From Candidatus Dormiibacterota bacterium (GTDB taxonomy: Bacteria; Acidobacteriota; Terriglobia; Acidiferrales; UBA7541): a DNA stretch of 64,000 nucleotides. The stretch is taken from the NCBI GenBank assembly GCA_035602135.1, contig DATNMX010000044.1, positions 15,269 to 79,268 of the forward strand, given 5' to 3'. The notes beneath the pieces were generated by a model. It was not told the DNA's origin. It ran no database searches and saw nothing but the letters and a program-made list of their open reading frames with translations. Below are positions 1 to 8,179 of the stretch, piece after piece (position 1 is the first letter of the stretch; each line of letters begins with the position of its first letter). A program made the translations under genes and the position numbers.

Positions 1-479
1 GTGTAATAGATGGAATAGCCGATGGAACGAACGTTTTCTTTGGACGCGCGCGCGGTGGTCCCTACTACGCAGGGCTTTACTAGAGCGATGCCCAGCGCGG
101 GCAGCATCAAAACGATGCTGACCAACAACCACAGGGGCATCGCGCCACGCACCGGGGCAAGCCAGGAGGCCCCCAGTGAACCGAGGAGGAAATACGAACC
201 GCTGAGAATGAAATACGCGAGGGAAAGCGATCGCCGGAAGCCCAACCGATCCGCGAGCGTGCCGCCAAATGCAGCGAGGAACCAAACGAGTCCACCGAAA
301 AGTCCGGTGAGGCTGCTGGCTTGCGCGGCTGGAAAACTCAGCGTCTCATGAAGATAACGCGCCAGCGACGCGAAGGCGGCGTAATAGGAAAGACGCTCGA
401 AGAGTTCGCTGATGTTGGCGACCCAAAAAGGGCGCTCGAAACCATCGCGAATTTCCTGGAGCCTTGCACTAAAGCTCAT
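1..479 (-). CDS. POT/PTR2-family proton-dependent oligopeptide transporter, N-terminal part (gene continues past the left edge)
   Basis: Absent from the ORF track because the window edge truncates it. My own minus-strand translation from the ATG at 479 gives MSFSARLQEIRDGFERPFWVANISELFERLSYYAAFASLARYLHETLSFPAAQASSLTGLFGGLVWFLAAFGGTLADRLG... The ExxERFxYY-like motif (SELFERLSYY) and the GGxLAD motif are POT/PTR2 signatures. The sequence that follows is hydrophobic and TM-like. Plus-strand ORFs 22..351 and 321..569 are antisense shadows. Confidence 0.7.
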   Translation of the reverse strand, partial: MSFSARLQEIRDGFERPFWVANISELFERLSYYAAFASLARYLHETLSFPAAQASSLTGLFGGLVWFLAAFGGTLADRLGFRRSLSLAYFILSGSYFLLGSLGASWLAPVRGAMPLWLLVSIVLMLPALGIALVKPCVVGTTARASKENVRSIGYSIYY

Positions 480-694
480 GGCGCCTCCCGGGATACGAGG
501 CGGGATGATAGCAGAGCAGAGGGTGCGCACCCGGGTGATTTTGCGGTTCAGCGAGAAGAGAGGCACTAGCGCAATAGCAAGAAAAGGGATTCTGATGGCT
601 GGTCACTTAACGGAGTGAGCCACTACAGCTGAAGGAGGCGTGTGCTAACATCGGCAGGTTGCGCTTCACCTGGGAGCCACATTAGACCTCGACG

Positions 695-1750
695 ATGCCC
701 GCGCAAATGAAGGCGTTACGCAAGATGCAGCCCGGCAAGGGGCTGCAAATGGACACCGTGCAGATCCCTGCTATTGGAGCGACCGACGTGCTGGTGCGCG
801 TGAAAGCGGCCTCCATTTGCGGGACGGATTTGCATATCTACGGTTGGGACCGGTGGTCGCAGGGCCGCATCAGGCCGCCGCTCACCCTGGGGCACGAATT
901 CTGCGGCGTGGTGGAGCGGGTCGGACAAGAGGTAACGGCCGTCAAAGCGGGCGACTTCGTCAGCGCGGAGATGCACGTGAACTGTGGGCACTGCCATCAA
1001 TGCTGTCTGGGCCAAGCACACATCTGCCAGAATCTGCGCATTATCGGGATCGACCAAGACGGCGCGTTCGCGGAGTTCGTGAAAATCCCGGCGTCAAATA
1101 TCTGGAAGCTAGACCCTGCGATTCCAGAGCATTACGGTGCGATTCTCGATCCTCTCGGCAACGCTGTACATACGGTGCTAGCAGGTCCCATTGTCGGGCA
1201 AACCGTGCTGGTTACGGGTTGTGGACCGATTGGACTGATGGCAATCGCCATAGCGAAGGCTTGCGGGAGCTCCACGGTCTTCGCAACAGAGATCAATGAG
1301 CATCGCCGTGCAATGGCCAAGAAAATGGGCGCGGACATGGTCCTCAATCCCACGGCCGAAGATGCGGTAGCACGCATTCTCAGGGAAACCGAAGGCACGG
1401 GCGTGGACGCGCTTCTGGAAATGTCAGGTAACCCGGCGGCAATCCAGCAAGGGTTCAAGTCGTTGCGCGCGGGCGGCCGAGCTTCGCTTTTGGGAATTCC
1501 TACGGAAAGCGTGCCAGTCGACCTGGTGAACGATGTGATTTTTAAAGGCGCGACGGTACAAGGCATTTACGGCCGCCGGATGTACGAAACATGGGTCCAA
1601 ATGACCGCGCTATTGCAGGCTGGCCGGCTGAATCTTGATCCTCTTTTTGGGGAGCGAGTGTCGCTGGATAGATTCGAAAACGCGTTTTCACTGCTGCAAG
1701 GCGGACTTGCTGGAAAGATTTTGCTGTACCCAAACGGTCTGCCTCGCTGA
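695..1750 (+). CDS. tdh: L-threonine 3-dehydrogenase (zinc-dependent MDR family)
   Basis: The product is collinear with enterobacterial Tdh. Matching segments include KAASICGTDLHIYGWDRWSQ, GHEFCGVVERVGQEV, NCGHCHQCCLGQAHIC, DPLGNAVHT and KGATVQGIYGRRMYETW. It lies directly upstream of kbl. The true start may be the ATG at 707 (MKALRK). Confidence 0.95.
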   Translation: MPAQMKALRKMQPGKGLQMDTVQIPAIGATDVLVRVKAASICGTDLHIYGWDRWSQGRIRPPLTLGHEFCGVVERVGQEVTAVKAGDFVSAEMHVNCGHCHQCCLGQAHICQNLRIIGIDQDGAFAEFVKIPASNIWKLDPAIPEHYGAILDPLGNAVHTVLAGPIVGQTVLVTGCGPIGLMAIAIAKACGSSTVFATEINEHRRAMAKKMGADMVLNPTAEDAVARILRETEGTGVDALLEMSGNPAAIQQGFKSLRAGGRASLLGIPTESVPVDLVNDVIFKGATVQGIYGRRMYETWVQMTALLQAGRLNLDPLFGERVSLDRFENAFSLLQGGLAGKILLYPNGLPR

Positions 1751-1792
1751 CCTTAGGCTATGGCACGTTACCTAGATAGAAAGAGTTGAAAT

Positions 1793-3007
1793 ATGAGCGA
1801 AAGCGCAACGCAATCGACCAAGCACAATCCGCTCCAGTACGTCACGGAGCAACTAAATGAGCTTCGTGCCAAAGGCGTAGCTCCCAAGCTTCGCGTCCTT
1901 GAAGGAGAGCAGAAAGCAGTATGCACATTCGATGGCCGCGAAGTCATCAACCTGGCCTCGAACAACTACTTGGGCTTGACCACCCACAAGGCCTTGCGTA
2001 AAGCGGAAATAGAAGCCGCGCGTAAATACGGGGCAGGTGCTGGCGCGGTTCGCACAATTGCCGGCACGATGAAAATACACCTGGCCCTGGAAGAGCAGAT
2101 TGCGCGGTTCAAGAACGTGGAAGCTTCCGTGGTTTTTCAATCAGGCTTCACCGCAAATGCCGGTACTGTTTCGGCGGTTCTAGGTAAAGAAGACCTGATT
2201 ATTTCCGACGAGCTGAATCACGCCTCGATCATCGACGGCGCCAGGCTTTCAAGAGCCACGATTAAAGTTTTCAAACACAAAGACGTGCAGGACTGCGAAC
2301 GCATCCTGCAAGAAACCGCGCAGTGGAATGGCAATAAGTTGATTATCACGGACGGCGTGTTTTCGATGGACGGAGACATTGCACCGTTGCAACAATTGTG
2401 CGAGCTGGCCGAAAAATACAATTGCATCATGATGGTAGACGACGCACACGCTTCGGGCGTGCTTGGGCGGAACGGCCGCGGGACGGTGGATCACTTGAAT
2501 TGTCACGGCCGCGTACACATTCAGGTGGGCACGCTCAGCAAAGCCATCGGCGCCATGGGGGGCTACGTTTGCGGATCGCGCGAGCTCATCGATTTTCTGT
2601 ATCTGCGCGCGCGGCCATTTCTTTTCTCCACCTCGCACCCGCCGGCAACCGCAGCAGCGTGCCAGGCGGCGTTCACATTGCTGGATTCACCGGAAGGCGA
2701 AAAATTGGTGAAGAAGTTGTGGACCAATACGAAATTTTTCAAGAAGGAACTCAAGAAGCGTGGGTTCCAGTTCAAGGCAAGCGAGACGCCGATCGTGCCA
2801 ATTCATGTCGGCGATGCAGCCAAGGCCTTCGAATTTTCGGCGAAGCTTTTCGATGCCGGAGTCTTTGCTCCGGCCGTGGGCTACCCGACGGTCGCGGAAG
2901 GCAAAGCGCGGTTGCGAGCCATTGTAAGCGCAGCGCATAAGCGTGAGCATTTGCTGCGCGCGGCGGAAATTCTGGCCGATATAGGCAAGCCGCTGGGCAT
3001 TATATAG
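1793..3007 (+). CDS. kbl: 2-amino-3-ketobutyrate CoA ligase (glycine C-acetyltransferase), PLP-dependent
   Basis: Alpha-oxoamine synthase motifs are present: NNYLGL, DELNHASIIDG, DDAHASGVLGRNGRGT and GTLSKAIG (the PLP lysine). Pairing with tdh gives the classical threonine-to-glycine pathway. Confidence 0.95.
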   Translation: MSESATQSTKHNPLQYVTEQLNELRAKGVAPKLRVLEGEQKAVCTFDGREVINLASNNYLGLTTHKALRKAEIEAARKYGAGAGAVRTIAGTMKIHLALEEQIARFKNVEASVVFQSGFTANAGTVSAVLGKEDLIISDELNHASIIDGARLSRATIKVFKHKDVQDCERILQETAQWNGNKLIITDGVFSMDGDIAPLQQLCELAEKYNCIMMVDDAHASGVLGRNGRGTVDHLNCHGRVHIQVGTLSKAIGAMGGYVCGSRELIDFLYLRARPFLFSTSHPPATAAACQAAFTLLDSPEGEKLVKKLWTNTKFFKKELKKRGFQFKASETPIVPIHVGDAAKAFEFSAKLFDAGVFAPAVGYPTVAEGKARLRAIVSAAHKREHLLRAAEILADIGKPLGII

Positions 3008-3121
3008 TTTCAAAAACGAGACTTTGTGCAGCCATTTAAGGCCGAGCCACGGACCATGTAAATCCTGCAGGTGACCCTGTAGTTCTTGGCCATTTTCATG
3101 GACGATTTATTGTGGAAATCC

Positions 3122-3139
3122 ATTTCAACGTGTTGAAAT
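3122..3139. promoter_or_regulatory. Perfect inverted repeat ATTTCAAC-GT-GTTGAAAT, candidate operator upstream of 3222
   Basis: Read directly: 3122-3129 atttcaac and 3132-3139 gttgaaat are exact reverse complements. The site is about 85 nt upstream of the ATG at 3222. Confidence 0.25.
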
Positions 3140-3221
3140 AAAATCGCTTACACACTGGCACGCTTTTTGCCATATAAGGCTCTGTGTCCCCTAAGCTAGT
3201 CTAAGAGCCCAGGGAGGTCTA

Positions 3222-4223
3222 ATGAGAATTCATCGAACAGCATGGCCAATTATAGTGGGTGCTTTTTTTGCATTGAGTGCCGGAGCTCGATCGTCGCAGG
3301 AGTCACAAGCCGATCCACAGGCAGGTGCTCAGCTAAGCGAGCAAGGAGCCTATCAGACCGGTAAAGAAGGCACCGCCGCAACGAACAAGGCCTCGGGTAA
3401 CGCGGCCGCACGCGCTGGGCAACACCAAACTTCGCTGGCGGGCGGCAGCACCTTCAACGCAGCGCTAAATTCTCCGCTGGACGCAAGAAAGGCGAAGCCC
3501 GGCGATCCGGTCCTCGCCCATACTACGGAAACGGTAAAGTCGGACGGCCAAAGGGTGTTGCCAAAGGGCACCAAGTTAGTGGGCCACGTGACCCAGGCCT
3601 CCGCCCGTGCCAAAGGTGAGCCCGAATCCGCGTTGGGAATCGCGTTCGACAAAGCAATCCTGAAAAATGGCCAGGAGGTTCCGCTAAGCGCCACAATTCA
3701 AGCCATTGCGACGGGCGAATCTGCCGCGTCCACGGCGGGAATGGACACGGAAGCAATCGGGAACATGGGAGCATCCGCAGCGGGTGCGGGGCGTGCAAGT
3801 AGTGGGGTTCTCGGTGGAACTGCAGCCACAGCAGCTGGAGCTGCAGGAACGGTAACCAACACTGCGGCGGGATCGGGCAATATGGCTGGAGGCGCGGTGA
3901 ACTCCACTGTGAACGCTGCCGGAAATGTCGCAGGCGCTGCGCCAGGAGCCGCGGGTGGATTGACCAGTGCTGGCCAATTAGCTTCAAATAGCCACGGCGT
4001 TTTTGGGTTGAGTGGCCTGAGCTTGAGTTCTTCGGCGACGGATAGCGCTCAAGGATCGGTTATCACTTCAACCGGCAAGAACGTGCATCTGGATAGCGGC
4101 ACACGTTTGCTGCTGGCTGCCGAATCTGGAACCCAAGGAGATGTGAGCCATCAGCCAGCTGGAGAAAAGCCCGGGCCGAAACACGAACCAAAGTCTGGAT
4201 CCGGTAGGCCCAACCATCAGTAA
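3222..4223 (+). CDS. Exported hypothetical protein (paralog A) with a VirB10/TrbI-like barrel signature interrupted by an Ala/Gly/Thr/Asn-rich low-complexity insert
   Basis: A GGGAGG Shine-Dalgarno lies 6 nt upstream of the ATG. A signal-peptide-like N-terminus is present (MRIHRTAWPIIVGAFFALSAGARS). Conserved blocks FNAALNSPLDARKAKPGDPV...LPKGTKLVGHV...FDKAILKNGQEV and the C-terminal GKNVHLDSGTRLLLA are shared with the next gene. Confidence 0.75.
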   Translation: MRIHRTAWPIIVGAFFALSAGARSSQESQADPQAGAQLSEQGAYQTGKEGTAATNKASGNAAARAGQHQTSLAGGSTFNAALNSPLDARKAKPGDPVLAHTTETVKSDGQRVLPKGTKLVGHVTQASARAKGEPESALGIAFDKAILKNGQEVPLSATIQAIATGESAASTAGMDTEAIGNMGASAAGAGRASSGVLGGTAATAAGAAGTVTNTAAGSGNMAGGAVNSTVNAAGNVAGAAPGAAGGLTSAGQLASNSHGVFGLSGLSLSSSATDSAQGSVITSTGKNVHLDSGTRLLLAAESGTQGDVSHQPAGEKPGPKHEPKSGSGRPNHQ

Positions 4224-4235
4224 ATAGTGGCATCG

Positions 4236-4266
4236 GCGGGCCGCCCGCGTCGCGGCCCGCTCTTTT
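4236..4266 (+). terminator. Rho-independent terminator
   Basis: GCGGGCCGC (4236-4244) and GCGGCCCGC (4252-4260) form a perfect 9-bp GC stem with a 7-nt loop, followed by TCTTTT (4261-4266). It sits 13 nt after the stop of the 3222..4223 gene. Confidence 0.7.
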
Positions 4267-4487
4267 AGGTGGCGGTGTCATCCCAATAAATTCCGCGGCA
4301 AACCCGCCAGTCGAGTAAAACCTGCGTACTAGAACCGAATTTACCCTCTCTATTTCTAACTCATTATCACGTAAGTGACTACATAGAATAGGCTTAAATT
4401 TGGATACTATCGTGCTGTACTATATTTGGCAGTACGCACAAATTTTACACCTACGTCACGAGTTCGGGTGTGGTAGGAGGGCCAACA

Positions 4488-5318
4488 ATGAAGATCTTAG
4501 CCAGTATAGTCGTTGCAGCGGCCCTGCTGTCACCCTATGCGATAGCTCAAACGCCACCTGATGTTCAGGCCGATGCTAAGAAGCAAGAGGCTTCGCAGCC
4601 GATAGCCGAGCCGACAGTTGTTCCGTTTGGCGTTGGCACGGTTTTCAACGCCACGTTGACGAGTCCTTTGGACGCGCATCGCAACAAGGCCGGCGATCTA
4701 GTCACCGCACAAACGGCAGAGACGGTTAGCTATGAGCGAACGGTTATATTCCCCAAAGGCACAAAAATTGTCGGGCATCTGGTGAGGACATCAGGGGCAC
4801 GTAGCAGAAAAGGTTCCGCACTGTTCGTGCAATTTGACAAAGCGATCCTGAAGAACGGTGAAGAAATACGGATGAGAGCGGGTATTCAAGCGCTGGTAGT
4901 AGGTCCTCACGAAGCAACTCCTGCTGACGCTGAAGCCAGCAACGATGAGGAACTATCGGTACGCAATCAAATTTCAGAGAGTCCGCGGGTGACGACGGGA
5001 GCCGAGGTGGCCAGCGTAAGTTCGATAGACGAGCCGGTGTTTATATTGCCAGCGAGTCACGAAACACCGCGGTACGCCTCGCCCCGGGAGCCCTTGGTGT
5101 TGCCGGAAGCGCAGGGTGGTTTAACCAAGGGAGGTCTCTTCACGCCGGACAGTCAGGGGGCGTTTGGGTCCGCTGATATCAAGGTTTATACGCCCGTCTC
5201 AGAAGGTTCAGATGGCACGGTACTGGTGTCCACCAAGAAAAACGTCCGCCTGGGAGCAGGCACGCGTCTACTAATCGTTATTCAACCACCGCCTGAATCT
5301 GATTCCATTCAGCAATAA
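4488..5318 (+). CDS. Exported hypothetical protein (paralog B of 3222..4223) with an acidic/Pro/Ser-rich insert
   Basis: The ATG at 4488 is preceded by GGAGGG; the track ORF begins at the GTG at 4470. A signal peptide is present (MKILASIVVAAALLSPYAIAQ). Blocks FNATLTSPLDAHRNKAGDLV...FPKGTKIVGHL...FDKAILKNGEEI and KKNVRLGAGTRLLIV match paralog A. Confidence 0.75.
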   Translation: MKILASIVVAAALLSPYAIAQTPPDVQADAKKQEASQPIAEPTVVPFGVGTVFNATLTSPLDAHRNKAGDLVTAQTAETVSYERTVIFPKGTKIVGHLVRTSGARSRKGSALFVQFDKAILKNGEEIRMRAGIQALVVGPHEATPADAEASNDEELSVRNQISESPRVTTGAEVASVSSIDEPVFILPASHETPRYASPREPLVLPEAQGGLTKGGLFTPDSQGAFGSADIKVYTPVSEGSDGTVLVSTKKNVRLGAGTRLLIVIQPPPESDSIQQ

Positions 5319-5401
5319 TCTTCAATTGCCGCGGGAAAGTCTGACTGCAGGCCATTCCCCGTAGCCGATTCGAACTCTCCCCATTTGCTATACTCGGTCA
5401 G

Positions 5402-8029
5402 ATGCCCTGCGTACCGAAAAAACTTTTTCTAGTTGACGCAATGGCGCACATTTACCGAGCTTTTTATGCGCCCATGGTGCGGATGAACGCTCCTTCGGGT
5501 CTGCCTACGAAGGTTCCCTTTCTGTTCAACAACATTCTCCGGCGCATTTTGAAGGAGTATCAGCCGGACTATGTCGGCATAGTGTTCGACACCAGCAAAC
5601 CGACCTTCCGCGACAAACTATTCGAAAAATACAAAGCCAAGCGCCCGGCCATGCCGGATGAGCTTGCGCAGCAACTGCCGTACGTGCGGCGACTGTGCGA
5701 GGCGTTGCACTTGCCGATTGTGGAGTTCGACGGATACGAAGCCGACGACGTGCTAGGAGCGCTGGGCCAACAAGCTGCCAAGAGACAACTAGACGTTCTG
5801 CTGGTGACGAACGATAAAGACATGATGCAGCTGGTTTGTGGGCGGGTGCGAATTCTGCGCACCGGCTCTGGCGGAGCGAAGAGCGACGTCATCGTGGATG
5901 AAAAGAAAGTGGAAGAGCTTCTTGGCGTGCCGCCCGGAAGAGTGGTGGATGTAATGTCGCTAATGGGCGACACCATCGATAATATTCCTGGTGCGCGAGG
6001 CATCGGCGAGAAAGGCGCGCGGGAATTGATCCAGAAATACGGAAGTGTCGAGGAAGCGCTGGCACACGCTGACGAAGTTTCGAACAAACGGTACCGCGAA
6101 GCTCTGCAACAGCAGCGCGAACAAGTGATGATGTCGAAGCAACTGGCTACCATCGCGATAGATGTTCCCCTGGAGCTCGATCTACACAATTTGGAGCGGC
6201 GCGAACCCGATGTTCCCGCCCTCGCCGCCCTGTACCGCGAACTGGGCTTCAATTCGCTGTTGAAAGAGCTGGGATCGGTGGCTGTCGCAGCTTCCGCCCC
6301 GACAAGTGCGGAACCTGCGATCAAAACTGACTACGTGCAATTTTCCACGACGACGGAGTTCCAGCAATATCTCGCAAAGCTGCCCCGGCGTCAGCCGTTA
6401 GCGATTTGGCTCAATCTAGAAACTGGAGAACGCGTGTCCGACGGCTTTGGCACTCGCGTGGCTTCCATTGAAGTTTCGGCGCAAGTGGGGGAGGGGCGCG
6501 CGATCTGGACAGATGCAAGCAGCGAAGCTCTCGCGGCATTGACGCCGGTGCTGTCCGATCCAGCGCGTCCTAAAATAGTCCACGATCCGAAATTGTTTCA
6601 TCTTCTCGGCGGGCGCATCGCGAACGTATCTCACGCAACGCAGCTTTACTCTTATCTATTGCGACCTACCACAGCGAATCACAACTTCGCCGAGGTGGTG
6701 ATGCGGCAGTTCAATCACATGCTGGGCGGAGGGCCCGGCGAACGTTCCGATTTTTTACAGCGTCTCGCAGCCCCACTGCGGCGCGCGGTCGACGAGCAAC
6801 AAATCGCCAGCGTTTACGAAAAAATTGATCTGCCCCTCGCTCCTGTCCTGGCGGAGATCGAACGCGCGGGTATCCGCGTCGATCCCAAAGCGCTCGACGA
6901 TATGTCGAAAGCCATGGAGCAAGAGATCCGGCGCCTTGAAAAAGAGATATGGCAGATTGCCGGTTGTGAGTTCAACGTCAATTCTCCGACGCAGCTGGGC
7001 GAAATTCTTTTTGACAAGCTCAACCTCCAGGTTTCGGCGCGCCGGGGTAAGGCCAAAGGACGTTCTACGGCGGTTGAGATTTTGGAAGAATTGTCGGCCA
7101 GACACCCTTTGCCGCGCAAAATTATTGAGTACCGCGAAATTGCAAAACTGAAATCGACCTACGTCGATGCACTCCCCAAGCTGGTTAATCCCAAGACTGG
7201 CCGGCTCCATACGAGTTTCTCGCAAACCGGCACTGCAACCGGGCGGCTGAGTTCCTCCGATCCGAACCTGCAAAATATCCCTATCCGCACGGAGCTAGGA
7301 CGGCAGATTCGCGCAGCTTTCGTCTCGGAGGAAGGCAAAATTCTTCTAGCCGCCGATTACTCGCAAATCGAGTTGCGGATCATGGCACATTTTTCGGGCG
7401 ATCCTGTTCTCGTGGAAGCCTTCCGCCGCGGAGAAGACATACACGCGCGGACAGCGCAGGAAGTATTCGGCGTGGGACCAATGGCGCAAACCCCGGAACA
7501 CCGGCGCGCCGCAAAAGCCATCAATTTTGGAATCATCTATGGTTTGTCGCCGTTCGGCCTGGCGCAACAGCTGAACATCGAGCAGCGCGAAGCGGCGCAA
7601 TTCATCAACGCGTATTTCACGAGGTATCGCGGCGTAAAAGGTTATCTGGATAACGTGCTGGCCGAAACGCGCAAGTCCGGCGTGGCGAAAACTTTGTTGG
7701 GAAGGATCCGGCCGATCCCGGAGATTAATTCGCCGCAAGTTCAACTTCGGAACTTCGCCGAGCGCACAGCACTAAATTCACCTCTACAGGGGACGGCCGC
7801 GGACTTTATCAAGCTCGCGATGATCAATATTGACCGCCGCCTGTCAGACGAACATCTAGAGGCCAGAATGATTCTGCAGGTCCACGATGAATTGTTGTTC
7901 GAACTTCCAGCGAAGGAACTCGAGCGAGTTGAGAAACTGGTGCGCGAAGAGATGGAAGGTGTGCATCAACTTATGGTTCCACTGCTGGTCGAGGTTTGCG
8001 TGGGCCCCAACTGGCGGGACCTCGACTAA
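5402..8029 (+). CDS. polA: DNA polymerase I (5'-3' exonuclease + 3'-5' exo-like + family A polymerase)
   Basis: The 875-aa product has an N-terminal FEN-like region (LVDAMAHIYRAFYA, DNIPGARGIGEKGA). Family A polymerase motifs are present: DYSQIELRIMAH, RRAAKAINFGIIYG and QVHDELLFE. Confidence 0.97.
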   Translation: MPCVPKKLFLVDAMAHIYRAFYAPMVRMNAPSGLPTKVPFLFNNILRRILKEYQPDYVGIVFDTSKPTFRDKLFEKYKAKRPAMPDELAQQLPYVRRLCEALHLPIVEFDGYEADDVLGALGQQAAKRQLDVLLVTNDKDMMQLVCGRVRILRTGSGGAKSDVIVDEKKVEELLGVPPGRVVDVMSLMGDTIDNIPGARGIGEKGARELIQKYGSVEEALAHADEVSNKRYREALQQQREQVMMSKQLATIAIDVPLELDLHNLERREPDVPALAALYRELGFNSLLKELGSVAVAASAPTSAEPAIKTDYVQFSTTTEFQQYLAKLPRRQPLAIWLNLETGERVSDGFGTRVASIEVSAQVGEGRAIWTDASSEALAALTPVLSDPARPKIVHDPKLFHLLGGRIANVSHATQLYSYLLRPTTANHNFAEVVMRQFNHMLGGGPGERSDFLQRLAAPLRRAVDEQQIASVYEKIDLPLAPVLAEIERAGIRVDPKALDDMSKAMEQEIRRLEKEIWQIAGCEFNVNSPTQLGEILFDKLNLQVSARRGKAKGRSTAVEILEELSARHPLPRKIIEYREIAKLKSTYVDALPKLVNPKTGRLHTSFSQTGTATGRLSSSDPNLQNIPIRTELGRQIRAAFVSEEGKILLAADYSQIELRIMAHFSGDPVLVEAFRRGEDIHARTAQEVFGVGPMAQTPEHRRAAKAINFGIIYGLSPFGLAQQLNIEQREAAQFINAYFTRYRGVKGYLDNVLAETRKSGVAKTLLGRIRPIPEINSPQVQLRNFAERTALNSPLQGTAADFIKLAMINIDRRLSDEHLEARMILQVHDELLFELPAKELERVEKLVREEMEGVHQLMVPLLVEVCVGPNWRDLD

Positions 8030-8179
8030 TCGCGACGCAATTCGTTATCGTTACCACGAGCATTTCTAGGCATCCTCCCGGTGCCTTGGAGCGTCTATAA
8101 TTGAGACTCCAATTCCTTTGGGCGCCTCCTAGGCCTGGCGTAAAACTTTGGCAGCGTAGTAAGAAGTCCGAGCTTCCTC

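Noticed and set aside
22-569. Plus-strand ORFs 22..351 (109 aa) and 321..569 (82 aa), and minus-strand ORF 107..295
   Set aside because: They lie antisense to or out of frame with the clearly recognisable POT-family transporter N-terminus on the minus strand (ATG at 479). Their products are Arg/Pro/Ser-rich with no motifs.
5569-6324. 251-aa minus-strand ORF inside polA
   Set aside because: It is antisense to a gene with unambiguous DNA polymerase I motifs. The Ser/Ala/Arg-rich composition is typical of antisense frames in GC-rich DNA.
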